Of a stretch of DNA of 64,000 nt, positions 48,706-56,663 are shown piece after piece. How positions within the stretch are numbered: the first letter of the stretch is position 1; every line of letters begins with the position of its first letter. Both the position numbers and the translations under genes were made by a program. The stretch comes from Gemmatimonadales bacterium. GTDB taxonomy: Bacteria; Gemmatimonadota; Gemmatimonadetes; Gemmatimonadales; Gemmatimonadaceae. Where the stretch lies: assembly GCA_039931395.1 (NCBI GenBank), contig JBDTRZ010000004.1, positions 587 to 64,586 on the forward strand, written 5' to 3'. A model generated the notes under the pieces. That model ran no database searches and was not told the DNA's origin. It saw nothing but the letters and a program-made list of their open reading frames with translations.

Positions 48706-51486
48706 TCAGCGCGCCAAGTGCGTCTGCACCACTCCCGCGACTGCCGCGAGCGCGTCCGGAAGTTTGTCGGCGTCAGGCACACCCGCCTGCGCCATATGGG
48801 GCTTACCTCCGCCCTTTCCACCGGCGATCGCTGCGACGTCGCGAATGATCAGGTCTGCACGCAGTCCCCGCTCCCTGAGATCGTCCGTGACGATTCCGAG
48901 AAGCGAATTCTTTCCGTCTCCGAAAGACGCCGAAAGAACGGCAACGCCGCTCTCCATTTTTTCACGCAATGCATCGCCAAGCGCCTGAAGAGATTTCATG
49001 TCGACGGCGGGCACGGCCGCTGAAACGACGGTGACACCATCCACCTTCGAAGCCCGATCGATGAGCTGCTGGACGCCGCTCGAGCCGCCGCTCTTCATTG
49101 CCTCTTCGAGCCGCTTCTCCAGTGCGCGGCGTTCTTCGACAACCGCCTGAAGTCGACGAACCACTCCGGTGGGCGACGTGCGCAGCATTCCCGCGACATC
49201 CTGAAGCATCTTCCGCCGCTCGTTCACCATCTCGAGGGCACGAGGTCCCGTGACCGCTTCGATGCGCCGCACTCCCGCCGCAACGCCCGTTTCGCTCACG
49301 ATCTGCATCAGCCCGATCTCGGACGTGTTGCGAACGTGAGTGCCGCCGCAGAGCTCCGCTGACAGGCCAGGTATCGAGACGACGCGCACGACGTCACCAT
49401 ACTTTTCGCCGAACAATGCCATCGCCCCGCCCGCAACCGCGTCGGCATAGGCTTTCTGGCTGATGTCGAGGGGAATGGCCGCCAGGATTCCGCGATTCAC
49501 GATGTCCTCGATCTCCTGAATCTGCGTATCGGTGAGAGGGCCGTGATGCGTGAAATCGAATCTGAGCCGATCGGGGGCAACGAGTGAGCCGGCCTGATGT
49601 ACGTGGTCACCGAGCACAGAGCGAAGAGCGGCGTGCAGCAGATGCGTCGCGGTATGATTGCGCTCCGTGTCGAGTCGTGCATCGCGCGGAACAGTCGCTG
49701 TCGCGGGTCCGGTCGAGACGCGCCCTTCCGCCTTGCCAATCGCCGTGATCTTTCCGTCGATCCTCCGCACCTCGTCCACGTCGATCTTCCAGCCGTCGCC
49801 GATGATCAAGCCGCTGTCCGACACCTGTCCACCGGACTCCGCGTAGAAAGGCGACTCGCGAAGCATCACGGCCACCCTGCCCTCCGGCAGCTCGCGCAGC
49901 GCAGTGATCTCAGTGTCCGCTTCGATCCGGTCGTAACCGACGAATGTGACTGGCTCTGATGCGATCCAGCTCGTGTCGCCGAGCTCGTCCGCAGCGATGC
50001 CGATCTTCTTCGACTTGCGCTCCTGTTGAGATTGCGCACGCTGCGCAGCAAGGGCCAATTCGAAACCTGCGATGTCCACCGTGTAGCCACGCTCCCTTGC
50101 CATCAGCTCAGTCAGGTCGAGAGGAAAGCCGAACGTGTCGTACAGGCGGAACGCATCCTCTCCGGAGATCGTGCCCTTGAGCTGAACCGACCCCTGCGTC
50201 GTTGCCTCGGGCGCGAGCTCGTCGAACCGCCGCATGCCGCCGTCGATCGTGTCGAGAAAGCGCTGCTCTTCAGCACGCGTGGTGTCGAGTATATGGCGCT
50301 CGCGCTGGCGCAGCTCCGGGTATGCATCACCCATCGTCTCGATGACCTGCTGCACAACATCCACGAGCGTCGGCGCCGCGCGGCCAAGCAGCCAGGCGTG
50401 CCGTACTGCACGACGGAGAATTCGCCGCAGAACGTAGCCTCGCCCTTCGTTCGAAGGGAACACGCCGTCGGCGAGAAGAAATGCCACGGCGCGCGAGTGG
50501 TCAGCGATGACGCGGAATGACGCCGGATCGACCTTCACACGATTGCCTTTCGCCGCCGCCGAGCGCCTGTCCTCTACCTTCGGGCTATGCTTCAGATCGA
50601 ACCAGTAAGGATCCTCAGACTGTCGACCGCGATACTCCACACCAGTGATCTCCTCGACTCGCTTCATCAAGGGCGTGAAGACATCGGTGTGGTAGTTGTT
50701 GGTGATGCCCTGCATTGACGCTGAGAAGCGCTCCAGCCCCATTCCAGTGTCGACCGAGGGTTTGGGAAGCGGAACCAGAGCTCCGTCCGCCTGCCGGTCG
50801 TACTGCATGAAGACGAGATTCCATATCTCGAGGAAGCGCCCCGCCTCGACTCCTTCCACAAACGCGTCCCGCGAGAACTCGGGGCGGTCGAGCTCGGTCC
50901 ATTCGCCCTTTGCTCCCTCGGGAAACCGCCAGTCAGTCGCCACATGACCAAGGTCGATGAATATCTCCGAGCACGGTCCGCACGGCCCTGTATCGGCCAT
51001 CTGCCAGAAGTTGTCGTGCGCGCCGAGCCCGTAGATGCGCGAGTCGGCGAGGCCCGTGATCTCACGCCATAGCGCGCGCGCCTCGTCGTCCTCCTCGAAC
51101 ACACTCACGCGAATGTGGGCGGGGTCCAGCTTCATGTCCCCGGTGAGGAACTCCCAGGCATAGCGGATTGCGTCGCGCTTGAAGTAATCGCCGAATGAGA
51201 AGTTGCCGAGCATCTCGAAGAACGTGTGGTGCCGCGCGGTGTGGCCGACCTGCTCGAGGTCATTGTGCTTGCCGCCGGCACGAACGCATTTCTGCGAGGT
51301 CGTCGCGCGATTGCCGAAGGACGGTGTCTCGAGCCCGAGGAAAACACGCTTGAACTGCACCATCCCTGCGTTGGTGAAGAGCAGCGTCGGATCGTTCCCC
51401 GGAACGAGCGAGCTGCTCGGCCGGATCGAATGGTTTTGCCGCTCGAAGTACTGGAGGAATCGCTGTCGGATTTCGGATGACTGCAT
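48706..51486 (-). CDS. alaS: Alanine--tRNA ligase
   Basis: LLFTNAGMVQFK, HHTFFEMLGNFSFGDYFK, DTGMGLER, HTATH, ELCGGTH, GGKGGG. Confidence 0.98.
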   Translation of the reverse strand: MQSSEIRQRFLQYFERQNHSIRPSSSLVPGNDPTLLFTNAGMVQFKRVFLGLETPSFGNRATTSQKCVRAGGKHNDLEQVGHTARHHTFFEMLGNFSFGDYFKRDAIRYAWEFLTGDMKLDPAHIRVSVFEEDDEARALWREITGLADSRIYGLGAHDNFWQMADTGPCGPCSEIFIDLGHVATDWRFPEGAKGEWTELDRPEFSRDAFVEGVEAGRFLEIWNLVFMQYDRQADGALVPLPKPSVDTGMGLERFSASMQGITNNYHTDVFTPLMKRVEEITGVEYRGRQSEDPYWFDLKHSPKVEDRRSAAAKGNRVKVDPASFRVIADHSRAVAFLLADGVFPSNEGRGYVLRRILRRAVRHAWLLGRAAPTLVDVVQQVIETMGDAYPELRQRERHILDTTRAEEQRFLDTIDGGMRRFDELAPEATTQGSVQLKGTISGEDAFRLYDTFGFPLDLTELMARERGYTVDIAGFELALAAQRAQSQQERKSKKIGIAADELGDTSWIASEPVTFVGYDRIEADTEITALRELPEGRVAVMLRESPFYAESGGQVSDSGLIIGDGWKIDVDEVRRIDGKITAIGKAEGRVSTGPATATVPRDARLDTERNHTATHLLHAALRSVLGDHVHQAGSLVAPDRLRFDFTHHGPLTDTQIQEIEDIVNRGILAAIPLDISQKAYADAVAGGAMALFGEKYGDVVRVVSIPGLSAELCGGTHVRNTSEIGLMQIVSETGVAAGVRRIEAVTGPRALEMVNERRKMLQDVAGMLRTSPTGVVRRLQAVVEERRALEKRLEEAMKSGGSSGVQQLIDRASKVDGVTVVSAAVPAVDMKSLQALGDALREKMESGVAVLSASFGDGKNSLLGIVTDDLRERGLRADLIIRDVAAIAGGKGGGKPHMAQAGVPDADKLPDALAAVAGVVQTHLAR

Positions 51487-51516
51487 TGGTCCAAATATAG
51501 CCGTGGCAGAGGGTGC

Positions 51517-51548
51517 AAAAAAAAGCGGGGACCGTGAGGTCCCCGCTT
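51517..51548 (-). terminator. Intrinsic terminator downstream of lipoprotein copy 1
   Basis: Minus strand AAGCGGGGACC-TCAC-GGTCCCCGCTT followed by a T-run. Confidence 0.88.
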
Positions 51549-51570
51549 CGTGCAGATGTGTTGCGTGCGA

Positions 51571-52365
51571 TCAGGAACCCATTTTCAGGTTCACGTTGTC
51601 GATGCCCCAGCTTTCGTCGTTCAGGTTCTGCTGGGTGGGGTTGGAAGTGTCCCAGACGAAGGACATGGCATTTGTCCCGCACGGGTTGGCGCCGGCAAAA
51701 GTCAGCCTGTAGCTCACGTCGGCGAAGCTGCGGAACGGAGGCGTGTTGGAAAGCTCAGGGTGTCCCCTGTAGCCAAGAGCGTCCTGAGCAAAAGACCCTG
51801 TGCCTGCCTTGTTCCCACCGAGCCCCAGGGCCCGCGGGTAATCCTGCTGCACCGTCAGCTGGTTTGAGAATGTCGTCGAGAACAGAGGAGTGATCGTGGC
51901 ACTTGTCCCGCAGCGGTATCCAATCTGGACGACGTTCGCTTCGAACACGCCGTTCTGCGCCTGCTTTCCCTTACCGTCCCACGATCCGATCGTGTAAAGG
52001 TCGAACGCGAGCGAATACTTCGAGTGACCCGCCGGTGTCGTGAGCACCAGCTGCGTACGAGTTTCCTGGAAGCGTCCGAGGAAACGCTGGCCGGACGGTG
52101 AAGTTGCGACGGCAGGATCGGATGCCTCTCCCACCGCTCCCGCCTGCAGCTCCGTTCCAAACGAGCTTGCGGTGGCCGCTGCGCCAGGCTCGAAGGAAAA
52201 GTTGTCGTCGATTACGACTGTGGTTGGACCACCACCCGCCCCGCCTCCGCCCGTCTTCCTGGCGTACACCGGTGACGTCACATCCAGAGCCTTTGAAGGA
52301 GCTGTCGGCTCAGAGCACCCTGCGAAAACAAGCGTAGCGAGGGATGCATACATAATGCGCTTCAT
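51571..52365 (-). CDS. Secreted lipoprotein of unknown function (paralog 1)
   Basis: MKR.. signal with lipobox FAGC, low-complexity linker, beta-rich domain FLGRF..FDLYTIGSWDG..DESWGIDNV; RBS GGAG. Confidence 0.8.
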   Translation of the reverse strand: MKRIMYASLATLVFAGCSEPTAPSKALDVTSPVYARKTGGGGAGGGPTTVVIDDNFSFEPGAAATASSFGTELQAGAVGEASDPAVATSPSGQRFLGRFQETRTQLVLTTPAGHSKYSLAFDLYTIGSWDGKGKQAQNGVFEANVVQIGYRCGTSATITPLFSTTFSNQLTVQQDYPRALGLGGNKAGTGSFAQDALGYRGHPELSNTPPFRSFADVSYRLTFAGANPCGTNAMSFVWDTSNPTQQNLNDESWGIDNVNLKMGS

Positions 52366-52382
52366 TTTGTTACTCCATGACC

Positions 52383-52415
52383 AAAAAAAGGTTGTCGGCT
52401 ATGCCGATTCCTTTT
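52383..52415 (-). terminator. Riboswitch expression-platform terminator (copy 1)
   Basis: AAAAGG-AA-TCGGC-ATA-GCCGA-CAA-CC-T7 directly 3' of the aptamer and 5' of the RBS. Confidence 0.65.
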
Positions 52416-52493
52416 CGACGGCCAGGCTGTCTCGGGGTGAGATCCTTGGCTTTGCGAACCGGCCTCGCGACCGGGGTGCCCTTATCGTAGGAG
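52414..52493 (-). ncRNA. c-di-GMP-I (GEMM-I)-like riboswitch aptamer, U92 variant (copy 1)
   Basis: CUACGAUAAGGGCACCCCGGUC-GCGA-GGCCGGUUCGCAAAGCCAAGGAUCUC..GAGACAGCCUGGCCGUCGAA. It has P2 with a GNRA loop, the CGCAAAGCC junction, P3 with ACAGC, and a P1 CG/CG pair. Confidence 0.85.
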
Positions 52494-52694
52494 TGTGTCT
52501 CTGAGCTACCGTCACCGTCGGGCCGGGAACTCAGGTGGCCGCCAATACTCACCGGTCGGAGTCACGGCGCAATATTGCAAAATGCAAGAGTCCCGCAGCG
52601 ATACGACTTATGCCGCCTGCGGGTTAAATAACCCGGATCAGCCTCGCAACCCGGCAAAGAAAAACGGGCACGGGTTCGATTCTGTTTGCTGATG

Positions 52695-53534
52695 TCAGTC
52701 CTTCGAGCCGTGAGATCGGGAAGAGTCGACCGCCGCAAGAACCGCTTTCGCGGTCTCGATCGAGACGCGATCCTGGGGCCCCAGATACCTTCGCCGCAGC
52801 CGCTCGTACAATGAAGCAGGATGGTAGTGGGTGTTCTTGTCCTGTTTCGCGGCTCGCCACATCTCGTGCCATAGGTGGATGGCGTAGGTACTCGATTCAG
52901 GCTCGTCCACGTCGGGATTCATCAGCACTCGCCAGGCGCGAAATCCGATCGGGCAAAAAGTCTTCCAATCCCGCACGTATCGCTGCATCGAGAACTTCTC
53001 GACGGCTTCCTCCATCAGCTCCGGCCCAGTCTCTCCCCACACGAGCTTTGTCGGATCCTTTGTCTGACAGACCTCCCACGGATAAGCCATCACGTCGCTG
53101 CCCGCGGGCGATTTGATCGCACCGATGTTGACCATCTGGCGGCCGACGCTGAATTCGCTCGAGAAGACGTAATCCTCCGGAAAGTCGAACGTGCGAAGAC
53201 AGATCAGATCAGTATCGGCCCACCAGCCTCCGCGCTCGAGCAGGAGCTTGTAACGGAAGAAATTCGCGAAGCCGGCCCAGGTAGCGTGCTGCGAGTACTG
53301 AAAGGCACGTGACCGCGGAAGAATCTCCGACGCGTCCATCATCGTGACGCCACCCGGCACGTTCCTTATCGGCTCGTACGCATACAGGTGGTACTCGTGT
53401 CCGTTGGCGAGAAACGACGCGAGCGACAGCTGCTCCATTGCGGAGAGCTCGGGACCGATCCACAGTCCCTGAATGATTCGATTGGTATCACTTGTTTGGG
53501 ATAGTGTCGGACTCACCCGCGCCAACCTATTCAT
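52695..53534 (-). CDS. GT32 / DXD sugar-binding glycosyltransferase (alpha-1,4-GT-like)
   Basis: QGLWIG..LSAMEQLSLASF, FANFFRYKLL..GGWWADTD, WGETGP, IHLWHE. Confidence 0.8.
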   Translation of the reverse strand: MNRLARVSPTLSQTSDTNRIIQGLWIGPELSAMEQLSLASFLANGHEYHLYAYEPIRNVPGGVTMMDASEILPRSRAFQYSQHATWAGFANFFRYKLLLERGGWWADTDLICLRTFDFPEDYVFSSEFSVGRQMVNIGAIKSPAGSDVMAYPWEVCQTKDPTKLVWGETGPELMEEAVEKFSMQRYVRDWKTFCPIGFRAWRVLMNPDVDEPESSTYAIHLWHEMWRAAKQDKNTHYHPASLYERLRRRYLGPQDRVSIETAKAVLAAVDSSRSHGSKD

Positions 53535-53541
53535 TCGCGCC

Positions 53542-53580
53542 AAAAAAAAAAGCGGGGACCAGAAGGTCCCCGCCTTTTTT
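53542..53580 (-). terminator. Intrinsic (potentially bidirectional) terminator downstream of lipoprotein copy 2
   Basis: A10-GCGGGGACC-AGAA-GGTCCCCGC-CT6; the stem is identical to the one at 51525-51546. Confidence 0.88.
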
Positions 53581-53597
53581 CCCGCACCTGGTCGGAA

Positions 53598-54392
53598 TCA
53601 GGCGCCGGCTTTGAGCGTCACGTTGTCGATGCCCCAGCTCTCGTCATAGTTCGACTGCTGGGTCGGATTGGACGTACTGAAGACGAAATCGATAGCGCCC
53701 GTTCCGCATGGGTTCGCGCCGGCGAAAGAGAGCGTATATTCGACGTCGCCGAAGCTTCGGAACGTCGGCGTGTTGGAGATTAATGGATAGTCTCTGTAGC
53801 CAAGTAGATCTTGCCCGTAAGAGCCAGTCGCCGCCTTGGAACCGCCACCCGCCGAGATGTCGAGCGGGTAATCCTGCTGCACGGTGAGCTGGTTCGAGAA
53901 CGTCGATGCGAAGATAGACGTAACCGGACCCGTATCGCTGCACCTGTAGCCAATGGAGAACACATTGGCCTGGAACACGCCGTGCTGCGCCTGCCTGCCC
54001 TTGCCGTCCCACGATCCGATCGTATAGAGGTCGAATGTGAGCGAGTACTGGGAATAGCCGGCTGCGACATTGAGAACGGCAACGGTGCGCACGTTTTCGA
54101 ATCTTCCCAGGAAACTCGTGTGGTTCCCGCCAGGTGCGGTCTGAATCGCCGGAGCGTCCGCGGTTCCGGTTATTCCCGGCTGCAGCTCAGTGCTGAAACT
54201 AGTGGTGCCGGATGAGATGCTAGCAGCCTCGAAATCGTAGCTGCCGACTACCGGACAGGAGGCGCAAGGTGCAGTCGGCGGGGGACCCGGCTTCGCGTAC
54301 CTGACGGTCAGATCAGCTGTGGAAGTGGCAGTGGGCTCACTGCATGCGACGACGATAAACGCCGCGAGGGGGACTGCGTAGAACTTTTTCAT
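53598..54392 (-). CDS. Secreted lipoprotein of unknown function (paralog 2)
   Basis: MKK.. signal with lipobox VVAC; same 264-aa length and same motif blocks as 51571-52365. Confidence 0.8.
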   Translation of the reverse strand: MKKFYAVPLAAFIVVACSEPTATSTADLTVRYAKPGPPPTAPCASCPVVGSYDFEAASISSGTTSFSTELQPGITGTADAPAIQTAPGGNHTSFLGRFENVRTVAVLNVAAGYSQYSLTFDLYTIGSWDGKGRQAQHGVFQANVFSIGYRCSDTGPVTSIFASTFSNQLTVQQDYPLDISAGGGSKAATGSYGQDLLGYRDYPLISNTPTFRSFGDVEYTLSFAGANPCGTGAIDFVFSTSNPTQQSNYDESWGIDNVTLKAGA

Positions 54393-54411
54393 ACATCTGC
54401 TCCCTGATCTT

Positions 54412-54443
54412 AAAAGGTTGTCGGCCGTCGCCGATTTCCCTTT
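54412..54443 (-). terminator. Riboswitch expression-platform hairpin (copy 2)
   Basis: AAAGG-GAAA-TCGGC-GACG-GCCGA-CAA-CCTTTT; the stem is conserved with copy 1 but the U-tract is shorter. Confidence 0.55.
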
Positions 54444-54522
54444 CGATAGCTAGGCTGTCTCCGGGTGAGACCCTTGGCTTTGCGGACCGGCCTCGCGACC
54501 GGGGTGCCATTATCGTAGGAGT
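54442..54522 (-). ncRNA. c-di-GMP-I (GEMM-I)-like riboswitch aptamer, U92 variant (copy 2)
   Basis: CUACGAUAAUGGCACCCCGGUC-GCGA-GGCCGGUCCGCAAAGCCAAGGGUCUC..GAGACAGCCUAGCUAUCGAA. Confidence 0.85.
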
Positions 54523-54851
54523 GGTGCGCGGGATCTTTTTTTTTACGGCGGTCGACGGCAGATCCCATTGCGCGTTCCGCTCCCTGAATGTCGTCTTCCC
54601 TGCAATGTTGTCTACACGAATCCCGACCGACTTGACTAGACTCCAGTTCACGCCGTTCGGGTGTGTCAGGTTTTCATGCTGTCCGTTCGAAGTTTCCTCA
54701 CCTCCATGAGCCGATCGAATGGGGCAGCAAATCCAAGATTAGTGACCCGCCATTTAGCTGTCAAGGAGACCCCGTAAGATTTGTGCGAGGGAGCAACAAA
54801 ACGTTACATACTGGAGAATATTTGTGATGTGGAAGTAGCCATTGCCTGTAC

Positions 54852-55313
54852 TTATCGGAAAACACGGTCGACAGCCTGTTTGATGTCGTCCAGCTCGAAG
54901 CCGCGACGCGCCAGATATGCAAACAGACGGCGGCGTTTCACTTGGTGATCGAGATCTCCGAGAGACAAAAGTTTCTTGCGCGCGGCGCGCTCGACACTTG
55001 CTTTCGCATCCAAATGTTCCTCTTCGACGACACTCGCCGCGGCAGCTCTCGCGACATCCCGCGCGATTCCCTTTCTCGCAAGATCGAGCTCGACGCGACG
55101 CACTGACATCCCGCCACTCACCAGCTTCTGCCGCGCATACTCGGCGGCGTATCTCTCGTCGTTCAGAAGGCCGCTCGCTTCGAGTCGCTCCATCACTGCG
55201 TCGATGTCCGCAGGATCGAATTCCTTTTGAGCGAGCTTGCGACGCAAATCACGCCGCGTGTATGCGCGCGCCGAGAGAAGAGTCAGCGCGTAGTCATGGG
55301 CACTTCGTGCCAT
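54852..55313 (-). CDS. recX: Regulatory protein RecX
   Basis: AL.LLS.R, LLNDERYA, YLARRGF; downstream of recA. Confidence 0.92.
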   Translation of the reverse strand: MARSAHDYALTLLSARAYTRRDLRRKLAQKEFDPADIDAVMERLEASGLLNDERYAAEYARQKLVSGGMSVRRVELDLARKGIARDVARAAAASVVEEEHLDAKASVERAARKKLLSLGDLDHQVKRRRLFAYLARRGFELDDIKQAVDRVFR

Positions 55314-55345
55314 TCGCTTCTCCTGAAGATCTGTCTTCTGCGCTC

Positions 55346-55454
55346 ACCAATGGCGCAAAAGAGTCGGGGCCGAACGTGATGCCCGTTCCAGCGGAAACAC
55401 CGGGCCTCCGCCGTACCGAACCTCACATTCGACCCCTCGCGATCGCCAATCGGT
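55346..55454 (-). other. Long imperfect RNA stem-loop in the recA-recX spacer
   Basis: Nested complementary arms whose mismatches are G-U pairs on the minus strand. Confidence 0.55.
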
Positions 55455-55483
55455 AGCCGTGACCTCCGATGGGCGCCGCTTAT

Positions 55484-56527
55484 CTACTCCTCAGCCGGCT
55501 CGCCTTCAGTCTCACCGTTTCCCGGCGGCCGAATTCCAAGCACAGTCTTCACCTTCTCTTCGACTTCCGCCAGGAGCGCAGGGTTGTCCTTGAGGTACAT
55601 CTTGGCGTTCTCGCGGCCCTGTCCGATCCGCTGAGACCCGTAGCTGTACCACGCTCCCGACTTGTCGATGATACCAGATTCCGCGGCAATGTCCAGCACC
55701 AGGGAGGCGTGGCTGATCCCCTCCGAATACATGATGTCGAATTCCGCCTGCTTGAACGGGGGGGCCACCTTGTTCTTGACGACCTTTACCCGCACGTGGG
55801 AGCCGACAACGTCCTCTTTTTCCTTCACGGCGGCGATCCGGCGGATGTCGAGCCGGACTGACGCATAGAACTTGAGCGCCTTGCCGCCAGTCGTCGTCTC
55901 GGGATTGCCGAACATCACGCCGATCTTCTCGCGCAGCTGGTTGATGAAGATGACAGATGTTCTTGATCTGGCGATCGCGCCAGTCAGCTTGCGAAGCGCC
56001 TGGCTCATGAGGCGAGCCTGAAGACCCATGTGCGACTCACCCATGTCGCCCTCGATCTCAGCCCTCGGCACCAGCGCCGCGACAGAATCGATCACCACCA
56101 CATCCACAGCACCCGAGCGAACGAGGATCTCGCAGATCTCCATCGCCTGTTCGCCCGTGTCGGGTTGAGAGACGAGAAGACTGTCGATGTCAACACCGAG
56201 CTTCTGCGCGTAATCCGTGTCCAGCGCGTGCTCGGCGTCGATGTACGCGGCGACTCCGCCCGCTCGCTGGGCGTTCGCGACGACGTGGAGACAGAGCGTC
56301 GTCTTTCCGCTCGACTCCGGTCCATATATCTCAGTCACCCTGCCCCGCGGAATTCCGCCGACACCAATGGCGGCGTCGAGGTTGATCGCGCCCGTGGGAA
56401 TCGCATCGATCCGCACGCGAGCATCAGATCCCATCTTCATGATCGAACCTTTCCCGCAGGTCTTCTCGATCTGCGCGATTGCCAGGTTCAACGCCTTTTT
56501 CTTGTCTTCCCCCACCGATACAGCCAT
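55484..56527 (-). CDS. recA: Recombinase RecA
   Basis: [48 protein letters not shown]; start ATG 56527 or 56536. Confidence 0.98.
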   Translation of the reverse strand: MAVSVGEDKKKALNLAIAQIEKTCGKGSIMKMGSDARVRIDAIPTGAINLDAAIGVGGIPRGRVTEIYGPESSGKTTLCLHVVANAQRAGGVAAYIDAEHALDTDYAQKLGVDIDSLLVSQPDTGEQAMEICEILVRSGAVDVVVIDSVAALVPRAEIEGDMGESHMGLQARLMSQALRKLTGAIARSRTSVIFINQLREKIGVMFGNPETTTGGKALKFYASVRLDIRRIAAVKEKEDVVGSHVRVKVVKNKVAPPFKQAEFDIMYSEGISHASLVLDIAAESGIIDKSGAWYSYGSQRIGQGRENAKMYLKDNPALLAEVEEKVKTVLGIRPPGNGETEGEPAEE

Positions 56528-56631
56528 TTCATCCATCCTGTCTTTGTCGTTGAACACCGCGGCACATGCGACGCCGGACCCGCGCGCAAGGGTCAAACTG
56601 ACCTGTTTTCGCCCCAAAACGCTACCCGAAT

Positions 56632-56660
56632 AAAATACGAAGGTCGGATCGTTTTCTCAA
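56632..56660 (-). promoter_or_regulatory. Candidate sigma-70 promoter of recA
   Basis: TTGAGA-N17-TATTTT on the minus strand. Confidence 0.55.
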
Positions 56661-56663
56661 GAT

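Noticed and set aside
51517-54522. Repeats read as CRISPR, REP or IS ends
   Set aside because: Only two copies, explained by riboswitch and terminator duplication; no spacers, cas or transposase genes.
54530-54850. Small ORFs and a CRP-like TGTGA half-site in the AT-richer spacer
   Set aside because: No convincing RBS, coding signal or complete palindrome; probably the promoter region for cassette 2.
55346-55454. 6S or SRP RNA assignment for the hairpin
   Set aside because: Lacks the SRP helix-8 motif and is shorter than typical 6S RNA; left as an unassigned structure.
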